DNA of 64,000 nt from Octopus vulgaris (taxonomy: Eukaryota), in the NCBI GenBank assembly GCA_951406725.2, contig OX597816.1, forward strand, positions 158,596,001 through 158,660,000, given 5' to 3'. Each line of letters starts with the position of its first letter. Positions within the stretch are counted from its first letter, which is position 1. The notes under the pieces were generated by a model. It saw only the letters and a program-made list of their open reading frames with translations, was not told the origin of the DNA and did no database searches. Position numbers and translations under genes: made by a program. Below, one piece after another: positions 50,648 to 63,948 of this stretch.

Positions 50648-51782
50648 GGCTTGAAAGAAATGAAGCCAACATGATGTGCTGGATGTGTAACAACAGAGTG
50701 TAAGTGCCCTAAGAGAAAAGTTGGGTATAAGAAGTATCAAATGTGGTGTGCAAGAGAGGTGACTGTACTGGTATCATCATGAGTTACGTATGAATGAAGA
50801 CAGCTGCGTGAGGAAGTGTCACTCCCTAACTGTGGAAGGAACCTGTGGAAGAGGTAGACCCAGGAAGACATGGGATAAGGTGGTGAATCATGGCCTTCAA
50901 ACATTGAGCCCCACAGAGGCAATGACAAGAGATAATATAATAATGAAATTATTGTATACAGTGCTCAGATGCACCACAACTTGTCAGAAAGTGCATATAA
51001 AGTACATGCAGTAATGTAGAAATGTTTGGAAAGCGAACAATGTATGAGTCAGATACATGCTTGTGTGTGTATGGAGGGGAGAAAATCAGGTGTAGTGTTG
51101 GCGAGTCTCAGGAAGCATGGAAGTTTTGAAGGATGCAGTGCTCCAACAACTAACAACCGATGCCGGCAGTTTGTTCCATGCTTCAGCAACTCTCAGCGTG
51201 AAAAAATGTTTCCTGAAGTCATGGGAGCTGTGCTGTTTTTTGACTTTGTAAATATGTCCACGGGTGTTAGATGGGTGGAGTTCGAAAAGGTGCTCAGAGT
51301 TATTGTTTGTACGATGGTTGATAATTTTCGGGACCTTTGGAGATATGCTGTAATTGAGAAGACCCAGCAACTAAAGTGAGATCGAGTCACACATGTCCGG
51401 TCCTGTTAAGAATACCCTGATGCGTCAGACAATGTGATATGCTTGAGAAGACCTGTTGAGTCAAGTAAAACTAATACCATAGCTGGGGCTAGTGCTCATG
51501 GCTGGCTCCCATGCTGGTGGCACGTTAAAAGCACCATCTGAACGTGGTCGATGCCAGATCCACCTGACTGGCCACTGTGCCAATGACATGTAAAAAACAC
51601 CAACTGAACATGGCCAATGCCAGTACCCCTTGGAGTGGTTGGCGTTAGGAAGGGCATCCAGTTGTAGAAACATTGGCAGATCAGATTGGCATCTGGTGTA
51701 GCTGCTGGTTCTCCAGATCTCAGTCAAACTGTCCAACCCATGCCAGCATGGAAAGCGGACGTTAAATGATGACGATGATGAT
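50648..51782 (+). mobile_element. RTE LINE 3' portion, split by a CR1 insertion
   Basis: RLERNEANMMCWMC...GRGRPRKTWDKVV...EAMTRD stops at ~50930 and resumes RDLWRYAVIEKTQQLK* at ~51329, followed by the UTR and (gat)n. Confidence 0.88.
50931..51325 (-). mobile_element. CR1-clade LINE 3' end
   Basis: NTRGHIYKVKKQHSSHDFRKHFFTLRVAEAWNKLPASVVSCWSTASFK matches the CR1 ORF2 TRGH...FF..RV...WN.LP..VV...FK end. Confidence 0.92.
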
Positions 51783-52824
51783 ATATCTACATAGATACGT
51801 ATTTGTGTGTGTGTGTGTGTGTGTATTTATTCTTGTAGATTTTTTATCTTTTTAGCCTTACCACCAGTAAAGTAGGTAGGTAAAAGTCACACCTGGCCAT
51901 CTTAAAAATAAACAAATAAATAAAACGGGTACAACAGGTTGGATAATATTGTCTTAAATGAAAAGATGTAATGGTCATGATTGGAAAACCAGCACTAAGC
52001 AGGGACTTGAAGAATAAAAATTCAGTTCCTTAAATTCAAACCTAACAAAAAATAGCTGTCCATGTTTTATTGAAAACAGGTATAATGGAAAGAGGAGAGA
52101 AGTCAGGTGAAATTTATGATTCAGAGTAAATTAGCATAAAATAATTGGAAATCATAAAATGAGCAGTAAAGAATGTGTGTGTGTTGGGGGGGGGTGATGA
52201 TGGATACATGTGCCTGCATGTGATGTTTAACCCCAAGTCAGTCATGATCAAGTAACTCTATGATGAACTGTACTCTGGCTGTGATCATCTAGTATTTTTT
52301 TTTTTAGTTATTTTTAAACTTTTATTTCAGTGACAAAAATTCTATTACCCAATGTTTGCTTTGTTATTCAAGATAGTAGAGGGTTATTTAAGGGAAATTT
52401 GGCTGCTATTTCTAGTTGGTTATGCATCTATGCAGAAGCTTCCTCCTTGTGTGTGTGTGTGTATATATGCGTGTATGTAGGGTCATGTTTGTATGTACCT
52501 GCATTTGATACTGTTTAGCCCCAGGTCAACTATGACTGAATATCTTCTAGCTGTCATCATTCAGCATTTTTGTATCTGAGAGACTAAAATTATATATTAC
52601 CAAATGTAACCTTTGTGATTCAAGTGAAATTTGGCTGCTATTTCTAGTTGGCCATGTATCCATGCAGAAGTTTCCTCTTTGTGTGTGAGAGTGAGTAGAT
52701 GGTGGTGACTAATACAAGCAATGATATAACTGAGATTACATGCTAACATTACCAACTAAAATATGTACTATGATTATTTATTGCTTATTCTACCTCATTA
52801 TAATTGACTTAGCTGTTACCACTC

Positions 52825-53335
52825 ATCATCATCGTTTAACATCCGCTTTCCATGCTGGCATGGGTTGGATGGTTTGACTGGGGACTGGCAAGCCAGGAGG
52901 CTGCACTAGGCTCCAATCTAATCTGGCAAGGTTTCTACAGCTGGATGCCCTTCCTAATGCCAACCCCTCTGAGAGAGTAGTGAGTGTCTTTTATGTGCCA
53001 CTGGCACAGGGAGCCAGTCAGGCAGCACTGGCATCAACCCACACATGAATGGTGCTTATTGCATGCCACCACATGAGAGCCAGTCAGATGGCACTGGCAT
53101 TGGCCACATTCGGATGGTGCTTTTTACATGCCACTGGCACGGGGAGCCAGTCAGGCAGCACTGGCATCGATCCACACATAAATGGTGCTTATTGCGTGCC
53201 ACCAACAGGGGAACCAGTCAGGCAGCACTAGCATCGACCCACACATAAATGGTGCTTATTGCGTGCCACCAACATGGGAACCAGTCAGGCAGCACTGGCA
53301 TCGGCCACAACTGCAATTTCCATTTTGATTGGGAT
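52825..53335 (-). mobile_element. RTE 3' UTR with about five internal tandem subrepeats
   Basis: Repeated gtgccac...ccagtcaggcagcactggcatc...atggtgctt units at ~52990-53310. Confidence 0.85.
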
Positions 53336-53810
53336 TCTGATTATTATTATTATTGCAGAATCATTAGAGTCAGACAAAATGTCTTGTTCCATTTCTTTTG
53401 GTTCTTTACATTCTGAGGTCAAATCCTACCAAGATCAACTTTTCTTTTCCTCATTTTGGGGAGATAAAATAAAAATAGCAGTCAAATACTTGGGGTCAAT
53501 TGAATCAACTGAGCTTACTTTTGTCCACTCCAGCCCCAAACTTGTGGCCTCATGAGTACATTACAAGTGATTATTTTGTGTTAATATCAAATCTATTTTC
53601 TTTAAGCAGTCTCAGACACTCCACCTCCAACCAAAGAACAAGAAGAATCTAACAGTAAAACAGCAGGTTAATCATGATTGTTGACCTGTGCCATAATCAC
53701 AAAAAGGGGATTCTATATTCTGTTCCTATTTCACTTTGCTGTTGTAGAGTTAACTATGACATTTCCTCATGTTACATATGTGGACTCAGAACACTTTGAT
53801 AAATATTCCA

Positions 53811-54509
53811 ACCCCTTTTAGTACCAACCCACCTGATACTGCCCCTGTTCTATTATATAAATTTCCTGTTTAGAGGGATCTGTATTAAAAGGGTCCACAA
53901 TTTCTTTTAGCTTTGTTATGTAATATGTAATTAAGCAACATTCTAAACATCAACATAACCTTTTGACATTCAAATTACTCTGTTTCTTTGCATAATGAAC
54001 TGTAAATAACCAATATATTTACTGGAAATATATTTATTTACCCTTTAGCATTCAGATTGTTCTGTCAAATGTCATCATCATCATCATTTAATGTCCACTT
54101 TCCATGCTAGCATGGGTTGGACAATTTGACTGAGGTCTGGCGAACCAGACTCCAATCTGATCTGGCAGAGTTTCTACAGCTGGATGCCCTTCCTAATGCC
54201 AACCAGCTGTAGAAAGTCTGCCAGATCAGATTGGAGTCTGGTTCGCCAGACCTCAGTCAAATCGTTGAATTCAAATGGTTGAATTAATTATGAGGCTTCA
54301 ATGATGTGATTGCTTATTTTTAGAGTGACATTGCAGGGTAGGCATGAGAAGATGGATGTGGCCAATTTTAACACAAAACAGGCAGAATATATGGCCAGTT
54401 TAAATGCTAAAGGCTTCAGAACGACAAAGACATTTTACTAAATTCTTCATTATTTTAAAAATTACTAAAAACCAGTATTTCAACAGAAGTATGGTAACAA
54501 ATGGGTTAA
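53811..54509. mobile_element. Nested piggyBac-like MITE remnants containing a folded-back RTE tail
   Basis: Outer ends resemble 23115-23336 (cccttttagtaccaaccc...ggtaacaaatgggttaa); inner 54040-54414 resembles 20318-20548. Confidence 0.6.
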
Positions 54510-55654
54510 GTAGATACAAATTGGCCAGGTAGATAAAATTTGGACACCAGCCCACAGGTAAGAAGTTTCAAATCTAACGCAAGAATAGATGCAAGTCATT
54601 GTGCAATTATTTTAGCAGTGCACATAATTTTAGCTTCATGTTACATCGCTGCGAAGAATAGGAATTAGATCTGCTGGGAATGTTACTTGCAATAGACTGA
54701 TACCCCACTCAAGGGTAAGTTTATCGCTCATGGGCTGAACGCCATGAAACTAGAGCTAAACACTAGATTATATAAGACCCTCAGAGCTTTGGAAATATTT
54801 ACATTTGTTTGCTCTGCTCTTCTGACTTCGCTAGTCAAATATTTCTCCAAACAAAAATGATACGCTTTACATACTTTTACACTTGCTGACACCTTAAGCG
54901 TATGTATATGTATATGAGCATCTGTGTGAGTACATGTATGTGTGAATTAGAGCATGTGTTCATGAGAGTATATCACCTGCGTGTGAAAATGCATGTAGAT
55001 GTGGGAGAGAGAGAGTAAGAATGTGTGTTTGAGAGAGACAGACAGACAGAAAAAGTGTGTGACTGAGAAAGTGAGAAAGTATGTGTGCGTGTGTGCGTTT
55101 CTCAGTTCCTCTCTTTCTTTCTCTTTTTCTCCACAAGGCCACCTACAAAGCTAATCTTCACCACATCACAACAAACCACAGACATAGTTTCAAAATTGTT
55201 AGGTAGATAAAAGATAAATATCTCTCTGGATAGAATACCATGTCTATCTCAGGATGCTTCCCAGTAAGAAGAATTCAACTAAGCCTTGTTGTTATTCCAC
55301 CAATCTATATATTACCCCCCCCCCCAACCACCACCACCACCACACACACACAACATATTTCCCTTCAGAGATTAACAAACAAAATATCGGTAATATACTA
55401 GGATTGGGTTCAATGACTATAAACAACTCCAGTGTTCTTTAGTTTGTAACAGCAATCATTGCTCAGACCATTCTGGAGTAGCTATGTCTTTATGAAAAGT
55501 AATGCAATGAATATAGAAAAAAAGAAAGGTCCTCCTTTTAGTCAATGAAGAGGGCCCCCGATGGATCAGAGAGCTAGTAAAGTAATGCGGCAGGAATTAG
55601 TATGGACCTTGAAAAGTTGAAACTTTACATAAAGAAGAAGAACTGAGAATGTCC

Positions 55655-55942
55655 TCCAGTTCTCTTGAACTATTTTTACAATACTTATGACTCAAGTTGT
55701 CATGAATCTATCTTTACAATATCCATAACTCCAGCTCTCATGAATCTATTCTTATTATACCCTTGACTCCAGTTTTCTTGAGTCTATCCTTACACTAAAC
55801 ATGACTCTAGCTCTCATAAGTCCTTCATTACAATACTCCTGATGCTAGCTCTCACCAATCTATCCTTACGATACACAACTCCAGCTCTTCTGAATATCTC
55901 CTTACAATACACATGACTCCAGCTCTCATGAATCTATATGAC
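55655..55942. repeat. Degenerate 38-bp minisatellite, ~7.5 units
   Basis: Consensus TCCAGCTCTCATGAATCTATCCTTACAATACACATGAC in direct tandem with no spacers. Confidence 0.9.
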
Positions 55943-56800
55943 TATAGTTTGAACAGTTCTAACACAATAATCTGATGCCCACCATCTCCAACCATGTAGT
56001 CACTTGACTCGATCTGTTTATTATTGAAAACAGCTGTTATTGTTACAGACATAATACGGTTCTTTTCCTCTTTCTCACTCATCCACTCCGTGCAACCACA
56101 CAGACTGGTTTAGATTTCAAACTACAAGTATTACACGAAGGGTAAGGAAAATAAAAGTATTACAGGGATTGGCAGGAATTAACAACAATAACAATAAAAT
56201 CATTCTTTGAATAACTGAATAGTAAAGTTATAAATAATCTGTTTATACAGATCCAAATATTCAATGCCTAAACAAGATTAAGGTAGTCGATATATTGACT
56301 GGAGATCAGAAGAAAATGTAGGTTATATAGACAGAGTAATAACATCTTATTGGTAGAACATACATCTTGAGACACAATTAGACTTAAATAAATTTAACAG
56401 TTAATTTTTTCTGCCATCTCATTTACTTAAATGAATCAGAACACAGACAGTTTAAACAAACTAATGTAGGTCAAGTGTTTCACTGACTTCAATATATATA
56501 TGTGAAAAACTATGTCTCTAATCTCATATGGGAATAATGGAATTCTTGAAGATTTCTTCTTCACATAAGGTACAGGGTTGGTTGTGTGGTTAAGAAACTC
56601 ACTTTGCAGTGATGTGGTTTCAGTTCAATCCCACTGTGCACCACTTTGAGCAAGCGTCTTCTACTAAAGCTTTTAGCTGACCAATGCCTTGTGAATGAAT
56701 ATGGCAGATGGAAACTGTGCAGAAGCCTGTCATATGTGCACGCTTGTGTGTCTATATATAAGTCTGGTGATGCAAAGAGGAAAATAGAACTATGAGTATA

Positions 56801-57025
56801 CAGTAATCTCTCACCATATCATGGTTTACCTATCGTGGTTTATTATGTAAGCTTATGTTGATTCCTCTGTGGTGTCGTTTTGCATTTATAATAAAATAAA
56901 TATATACAAATTATAGAAATAATTTAAAAAAATATATACAGTACAGTACTGTTTCTACTTCATGGATTTTCACCTATCGCAGGGTTTTTTGGAACATAAC
57001 ACCTACGATAGTCGAGGGATTACTG
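56801..57025. mobile_element. Tigger/pogo-like (Tc1/mariner superfamily) MITE
   Basis: TA|CAGTAATCTCTC...GAGGGATTACTG|TA: TIRs with TA target duplication; partial copy at ~42058-42145. Confidence 0.8.
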
Positions 57026-57159
57026 TATATATTTTATTATTAATAATTGGCAGAAGTTACAGAGTGACTCAAGAGCCAAGAACTTTGCACATTGATTAGT
57101 GCCAATGTATGAGATTCTTGCTGACTATAAATAATAAAAATAACATCAAAATAATAAAA

Positions 57160-57730
57160 AATCAAATGGATATTGTAGTTGTGATACCCATGCCGGTGGC
57201 ACATTGGGCCTCACAGCGCAATGATGAAAGACCGAGACCTCTGAGATATGCTGTGACTGCGAAGATCCAACAAATGAAGTTAGTTCATGGCTCGCATGGC
57301 AGTTAGTTCATTGGATCGTAGGGTGACCTGCTATGCTTGAGAAGACCTATTGAGTCAAGTACATCAACATCAAAATAAAAATCAAATGGAAATTGTAGTT
57401 GTGATACCCGTGCCAGTGGCACGTAAAAAGCACCATCCAAATGTGGCCGATGCCAGCGCTGCCTTGACTGGTATCCGTGCCGGTGACACGTAAAAAGCAC
57501 CAACTGATCGTGGCTGTTTGCCAGCCTCCTCTGGCCCCTGTGCCAGTGGAATGTAAAAAACACTCACTACACTCACGGAGTGGTTGGCATTAGGAAGGGC
57601 ATCCAGCTGTAGGAACACTACCAGATCAGACTGGAGCTTGGTGCAGCCTCCTGGCTTTCCAGACCCTTGTCGACCCGTCCAACCCATGCTAGCATGGAAA
57701 ACGGACGTTAAACGATAATGATGATGATGA
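57160..57730 (+). mobile_element. RTE LINE 3' end with partial duplication of the UTR start
   Basis: ttgggcctcacagcgcaatga...gagatatgctgtgactgcgaag, then the UTR and (gat)n; aaatcaaatgga..ttgtagttgtgataccc occurs twice. Confidence 0.85.
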
Positions 57731-58792
57731 TACATTGTGTGTGTGCGTGTGTGTATGTGTGTCTTTGTGTCTGTTTCACCACACTGCTTAACAACCGGTG
57801 TTGGCTTGTTTACATTCTCATTAAGTGGTGCAACCAAAAATACCAACAAAATAAGTATCAGACCTTAAAAAATAAGTACTGGGATTCATTTGTTCATCCC
57901 AAACCCTTCAAAATGATGCTACAGTATGATCACAGTCCAATGAATGAAAAAGATGAAAGAAAATATACATACAGCAAATCATCTTGGCAGAATCGACCTA
58001 ACATGAAGCTGTTTCAACACCTTGAGTTTATACTGGTATTAAATGCTAACAAAATGCTCATCAATTTTAGTGCTGCCACTATTTACAGTACAGAAGTGAT
58101 TTTTTACCCCGTATAACCTATTTATACCAGGTAAATTACGAAGGTAGTTGACTCTCAAATGATCTGGCTAACACAAATATGGACCAAATCATTTTGACAA
58201 TTAACTTGGCAAAAGGACATAATACCAAGGAAGAGATACGAATCACAAACTTTCCAATTGGCTGATCAAGCCCCTTATTAATTCTTAAGCTACCCTATGA
58301 TCTCTTAACCTCTTACTAGTTGTCCCTATACACTCAGCTATAATGCACAGAGAATGATTAAAGTCGGATAGAAGACAAATAGAAGTTAGCAATGGGTTGT
58401 CATTCTGAATTATGCTAACAACATAGTATTATTTACATCAACTCATTTGAATGAACAAACAAATGTACATACATATGTATGTACATACATATGTATGTAC
58501 ATACATACATGTATACAAAATAGGTACTGAACAGACTCAGTAGAATTTACTTTTCCCTTCACCTGAAAGATTGTGTATAGAAATTATGAGTAATGATGCA
58601 GAAAAACCTTCAAATATATATCATCATCATCATCATTGTTTAACATCCATTTTCCATGCTGCATGGGTTTTATGTATACATATATATATGTAATGTTTAT
58701 GTATATAAGAAGTTAAAAGCCAAAACACTTGCCAGAGTGGGGTTTCTTCTCTGAAGATCTGCTGGTCAGCTCTCCTGAGACTTTCTTATGCC

Positions 58793-58827
<35 letters not shown>

Positions 58828-59422
58828 GTTTGGTAGAATAAACAAGAGAAACAAAACACAGCACACAGACTATATATACTCTTTTTTGACTTTTCAATCA
58901 ACAGGAAGTTGTGAAAGCGGTGTGCTTGCAGCTTTCACTCCTTGAGTCACTTTTGAAACTTTCTACCGGTTAAAATATCACACACACACACACATGCATG
59001 CATATATATTAAACAAGGCTTTGGTCAGTATGAAGTTATAGTGGAAGACACTTGCCCCACACAGTGGGACTGAACCTGGGACCATGTGGTTGGGAAGCAA
59101 GCTTCTTATCACATAGCCATGCGGAGAGATTAGTGTTAGGAAGGGCATCCAGCCATAAAATCTCTGCTAAAACAGACAGTGGCCTAGGGTAGCTTTTCTA
59201 CCTGGCCGGCTCCTGCCAACAGTTCTACCCATGCATACATGGAAGATGGACATTAAATGATGATGACTATATATATATGCATTCTAATATATGACCTACA
59301 ATGTTGGACTCCTCATTCGCATAATCACCGATCCTGAAACTTAACTATAGTCTGTCCATAGCACTTACTCAGCATTACCTGACACATTGGGGTCTTCTTG
59401 ACACCATTACCTCTCATAACCT

Positions 59423-59472
<50 letters not shown>

Positions 59473-59699
59473 GATGAGGGGAGAGAGGGGAAAGAGAAGA
59501 GAGGGGAAAGGGAAGAGAGGGGAAAAGAGATGAGGAGTGGTGAAGGGAGGAAGATATAAGATTTTATTTTTAAAATAATAAACTGAGATAAAAATTGATT
59601 AGTTGAAAATTCTGAGTTGTTCAGATCAGGTAAAATAAGCAACGAATCCGTTTTAGATCTTTCTCTTAATGATAAAAAAAGGACAACTTTTATACTCAC

Positions 59700-59744
59700 C
59701 AACATATTAATAGATGTGAATGCCCATCCATGATCAGTTATCAT
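59700..59744 (-). CDS. Candidate alternative first coding exon (MITDHGWAFTSINML, phase 0)
   Basis: ATG at 59744, 15 open codons, TTG|GTGAGT consensus donor, inside unique transposon-poor sequence (~59280-60530). Confidence 0.45.
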
Positions 59745-59841
59745 ATTATATTAACTTGTATTAACAATTATATTTCGGATACAATAGTAAAATCCAGATT
59801 AATTTAGGGTTTACAGATGTATTTGGAAACATTCAATATAC

Positions 59842-59872
<31 letters not shown>

Positions 59873-62102
59873 ACAGAAAGAGCAACTGTTATAATGTCAC
59901 ACATAGCACTGTGATGACCAATGATAACAGCAACCAATAAAATGTCTTTTCTAAAAGGCAAATAGGATATGTTTTTAGATAAACCCAAAATACAAGGTCA
60001 AATTAAACAGCAATACGTGTTTTAGTATAGTTACTAAAGATATGAGAACACATTAGGAATTCATTCCATTTAAAGAGTATTTTATCATAAGTTATTAATA
60101 AGTATTACAAGGAAAAGACTATTGTAATTAACTTGAAGCACTGTAATATGTAAATGATATTATCGTTTTAAAAAAAATGAAAAATTTCAGGAATGCAGCT
60201 GAGAATTTAGGCAAAATATGTAAGGTGTTGCCAATAAATAAAATAAAGAAAAGAAAGTGTATTACTGTGAATATATTGTTTAATGTTTCTGTAATATTTC
60301 GGGAAAGATTTCCCTTGTCAAATACAAGAACGAAAATAATCCAAGAGTTCAAAGACAGTGTTATTATTGGCAGGTGTATTGTGAAGCTTTCTTGAAATAT
60401 TACAGAAACATTAAATAACCTATGAAATTCAATATCTTCTCTTTATATGTTCTTTGGCATCACTTTACAAATTATTTCTATTTTCTTTTCTCACCTGATT
60501 GTTTGAAAGGTTTTTAAAAATTGACTTCTAACATAGGCACAAGGTTACAAATTTGGTAGTGGGAGGTATGGCTGTGTGGTTCAGAAGTTTACATCCAAAT
60601 CGTGTGGCTTCAGGTTCAGTCCTACTATATGATACATTCAACGAGTGTCTTCTATTATAGCCTGCGTACTAGAGCCTTATGAGTAGATCTGACAGATGGA
60701 AACTGAAAGGTCTATTTGTGTGTGTAAGTATGTATATAGATGTGTGTATGTGGCTTGACATTACATGAGAGTTCTACATGAGTGTCCCTACAATACAAAT
60801 GATGCTATTTGATTCCGATATTCTATGAAAATATGTCTAACTATGGAGAAATGTTATCTTGCTTCAAAAGGAGTGAAAGTTGGCAACAAGAAGGGCATTT
60901 GGCTGTAGAAAATCTGCTACAGCTAATTCTGTCTGATCCATGCAAGTATGTAATAGTGAAAGATAAAACAGTAATGATGGTGGTGGTAGTGATGGTTCTT
61001 ATGATGATGATGATGATGAGCTTATAAACAATTAAATCAACACAAGTACTAGACTGGTACAACCTCAGCATGTACCAGAGCAACAACAACCACAGTATAC
61101 TGACCCCGCCTTGCAGAGGGCATTGGTGAAAAATGGACTGTTTGACCAGTGGAATGTGTCCTTTCCACAAGAAACAGAAATGTAGATGTTCAAATCTCAT
61201 CAGACAGGTGCATAATGGTTATAAGGTAAACTATGATGGAGGTGATGAAGGCATTTGGCACCTCTGCTCACCCTTTCAAGTATAGCTTCCTCTTAGCCCA
61301 TTTCTGGGTGAAGATGGTCAAATTGTCATCAAATTGTAACCCTGTCCCAGTTCCTGTCCACCCCAAGCAGTTTAAACAGTCCTCTCTGTCCAGTGACCAA
61401 TAATACCTTCAATAGCATAGACTTGTCTCTCCAGACCAACATTGATTTAAATGTTGTCTTTGTAACAGATTTTACTCATCTAAGTTCTTTTACCTCAGAG
61501 AATACCTGAACTGTATTAAACAAAAATGAGTCAGTGACTACTACTACTGATAAATATTTTTATTGTCCCATTTTGCAAGTCTACAGAAACTTAAAAGGAG
61601 CCAGTAACCTGGTTTCATTAACATGCTGCTAGCAGAGGACAAAGAACTTATCTAATCTAGCCTAACACTTTAGAAATGTGACAATATAATATTTATAAAT
61701 GTCATATCTTTTCTATAAATGGTAATCCTCACAGCTATTAATTATTCCCAAGTTGTACTAAGTGACAAAATTCTTTCCAGAACCAACAGTCTGGTCACAT
61801 TTTCTAAAAGCTGAAATGTTTGTGATTGATTAACTTAAATTGCTTTGATAATTTTAAGACATGCTATAAAAACCTCATACATCAAAGTAAGTTGTTAAGC
61901 TTTTATTAAGGAGATACAACACCTAACACCTGGTAAATTGAGTTTATTTTTAAATGAGAAGTTTTATATAATAAAATTTACCTTCTGCTAAAAGATAGGT
62001 AAAAAACATTATTACAATAATGTATTTGAATAAGGAGGTAAATAGCAGAATTGATAGAGAGCCTGACAAAATGTCTTGTTGAATTTAGTTATATCCCTTT
62101 AA

Positions 62103-62320
62103 CCCTTTTGTTACCATATTTCTGTTGAGATGTTTTGTGTTTCTTTCAATTACTTTAAATAGAACAAAGAATTTAGTAAAACTTAGTTATCATTAAGCAA
62201 GTATTAGGAACATAAATTGTGACTAAGGTTTGATGGAAGATTTTAATTCAAAACTTATGAAAACAAGACATTTGTACTATAAAGCCAGAGGCGGTTTCAG
62301 CTGGGTTGGTATCAGAAGGG
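62103..62320. mobile_element. piggyBac-like MITE
   Basis: TTAA|CCCTTTTGTTACC...GGTATCAGAAGGG|TTAA. Confidence 0.85.
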
Positions 62321-63179
62321 TTAAATTCAGACTTCAAATCCTGTTAATTACTGGAGTCATTTTAAACCTTTTATACCAAACTGCCTTAGACTGCTTTTGG
62401 TTTTAAAGTGATCGAAATTAAAACATTCCTTCTAAATTTCATGTTAATTTATCTTCCAAATACCAGCCTAATAATGACAATTGTTTTTGTGCACTTTCCA
62501 TACTGGCTGGCATGTGTAGGAAAGGTCATTACAAATTGAATTAGTTCTTATTTAGAGAGAGTGCTCTCATAGGTAGGTCAGAAAGTTACATATCACTTGT
62601 ATATTTCATTTTTGGCTTGATTTTCATGGTTGTATGCTTTTCCTAACACCAACCACATTACATCATTTGTGAGGTAATTAAAATTGGTTGCAGGTGTATG
62701 TTTACTAATTATATGTGTATTTTTGTCCTAGTATAAAATTTTCTGAATCTAAAAATGAAATCATTTAATTTTAACCTTAAATTTCATCATCATCGTCGTT
62801 TTTAGTGACCGCTTTTCTCTGTCCACATAAGACGGATGGAGTCTACTGAGGCTGATTTTCTACAGTCACATGCCTTTCCTATCACCAATTCTTAACTGTT
62901 TCCAAGCAAGGTAATATTTCCCCATGGCCAGACATACTTTTGCACTGATGTTCATTTACAGTTATCACACAATGTCAAAACAAATTGACACATGCACACT
63001 CATTCACACATTTAAACTGGGCTTCTACCAGTTTCCATCTACCAATTCAACTCACAAGGCTCTGGTTGCCCAAGGTGCCATGCTGTGAAACTAAGCTCAA
63101 AACCATGTAATTAGGAAGCAAGCTTCTTTACCACATAGCTACAGATTCACATCTTAATGCTGCTTAATATCTGCTCTTA

Positions 63180-63365
63180 AGGTGGTGAGCTGGCAGAAGC
63201 ATTAACAGGCCAGACAAAATGGATAGTAGCATTTCATCCTGCTTCACATTTTGAGTTCAAATTCTGCCAAGGTCAGCTTTGCTTTTCATTCTTTTGGGAC
63301 AAATAAAATAATAGGCTTATCCCCAATCCTGAAATTGCTGGCCTTGTGCCAAAATTTGAAACTAA
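63180..63365 (+). mobile_element. SINE family B
   Basis: Head, B box and body as in the other copies. Confidence 0.85.
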
Positions 63366-63785
63366 TATTTACTTTAAAACACATTAAATGAAAACTGCTT
63401 GCCATACATTTTAGTGTATATCTTTGTATAAAATTAAGAGTAGATAATAGAACTTAATTTGTAAGTTATAATTTAATATAAATAAACTTCATTTATTGGG
63501 AAATGGTTATTTTTGTTGTAATTTGGCCCCAGATCAGGAATAATCAAGCATCCTTTCAGCCAAAGAAGTCCTAGCCATGAACCAGCCAAATCTTCAATTC
63601 CTTTCAATATTTTACAATATATTTCTTTTTTTTTTTGTGTGTGTGTTCCCTAAAGCAGTAGTTCCAATACTTTTTCAGGCCACATTTTTAGTGCCCCCAC
63701 CACAAATATAGACCCCTTTCTGCAACAAATTCAAAACAACTGTATTTCACTAATAAAACTCAAACCTAATTAACCTATTAACCTA

Positions 63786-63948
63786 GGCGCAGGAGTGGCT
63801 GTGTGGTAGGTAGCTTGCTTACCAACCACATGGTTCCCGGTTCAGTCCTACTGCGTGGCATCTTGGGCAAGTGTCTTCTACTATAGCCTCAGGCCAACCA
63901 GAGTCTTGTGAATGGAATTGGTAGACAGAAACTGAAAGAAGCACATCG

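Noticed and set aside
55655-55942. CRISPR-like periodicity (also 41590-41770 and 980-1340)
   Set aside because: Units are contiguous and degenerate, with no unique spacers and no cas genes, in a eukaryotic context.
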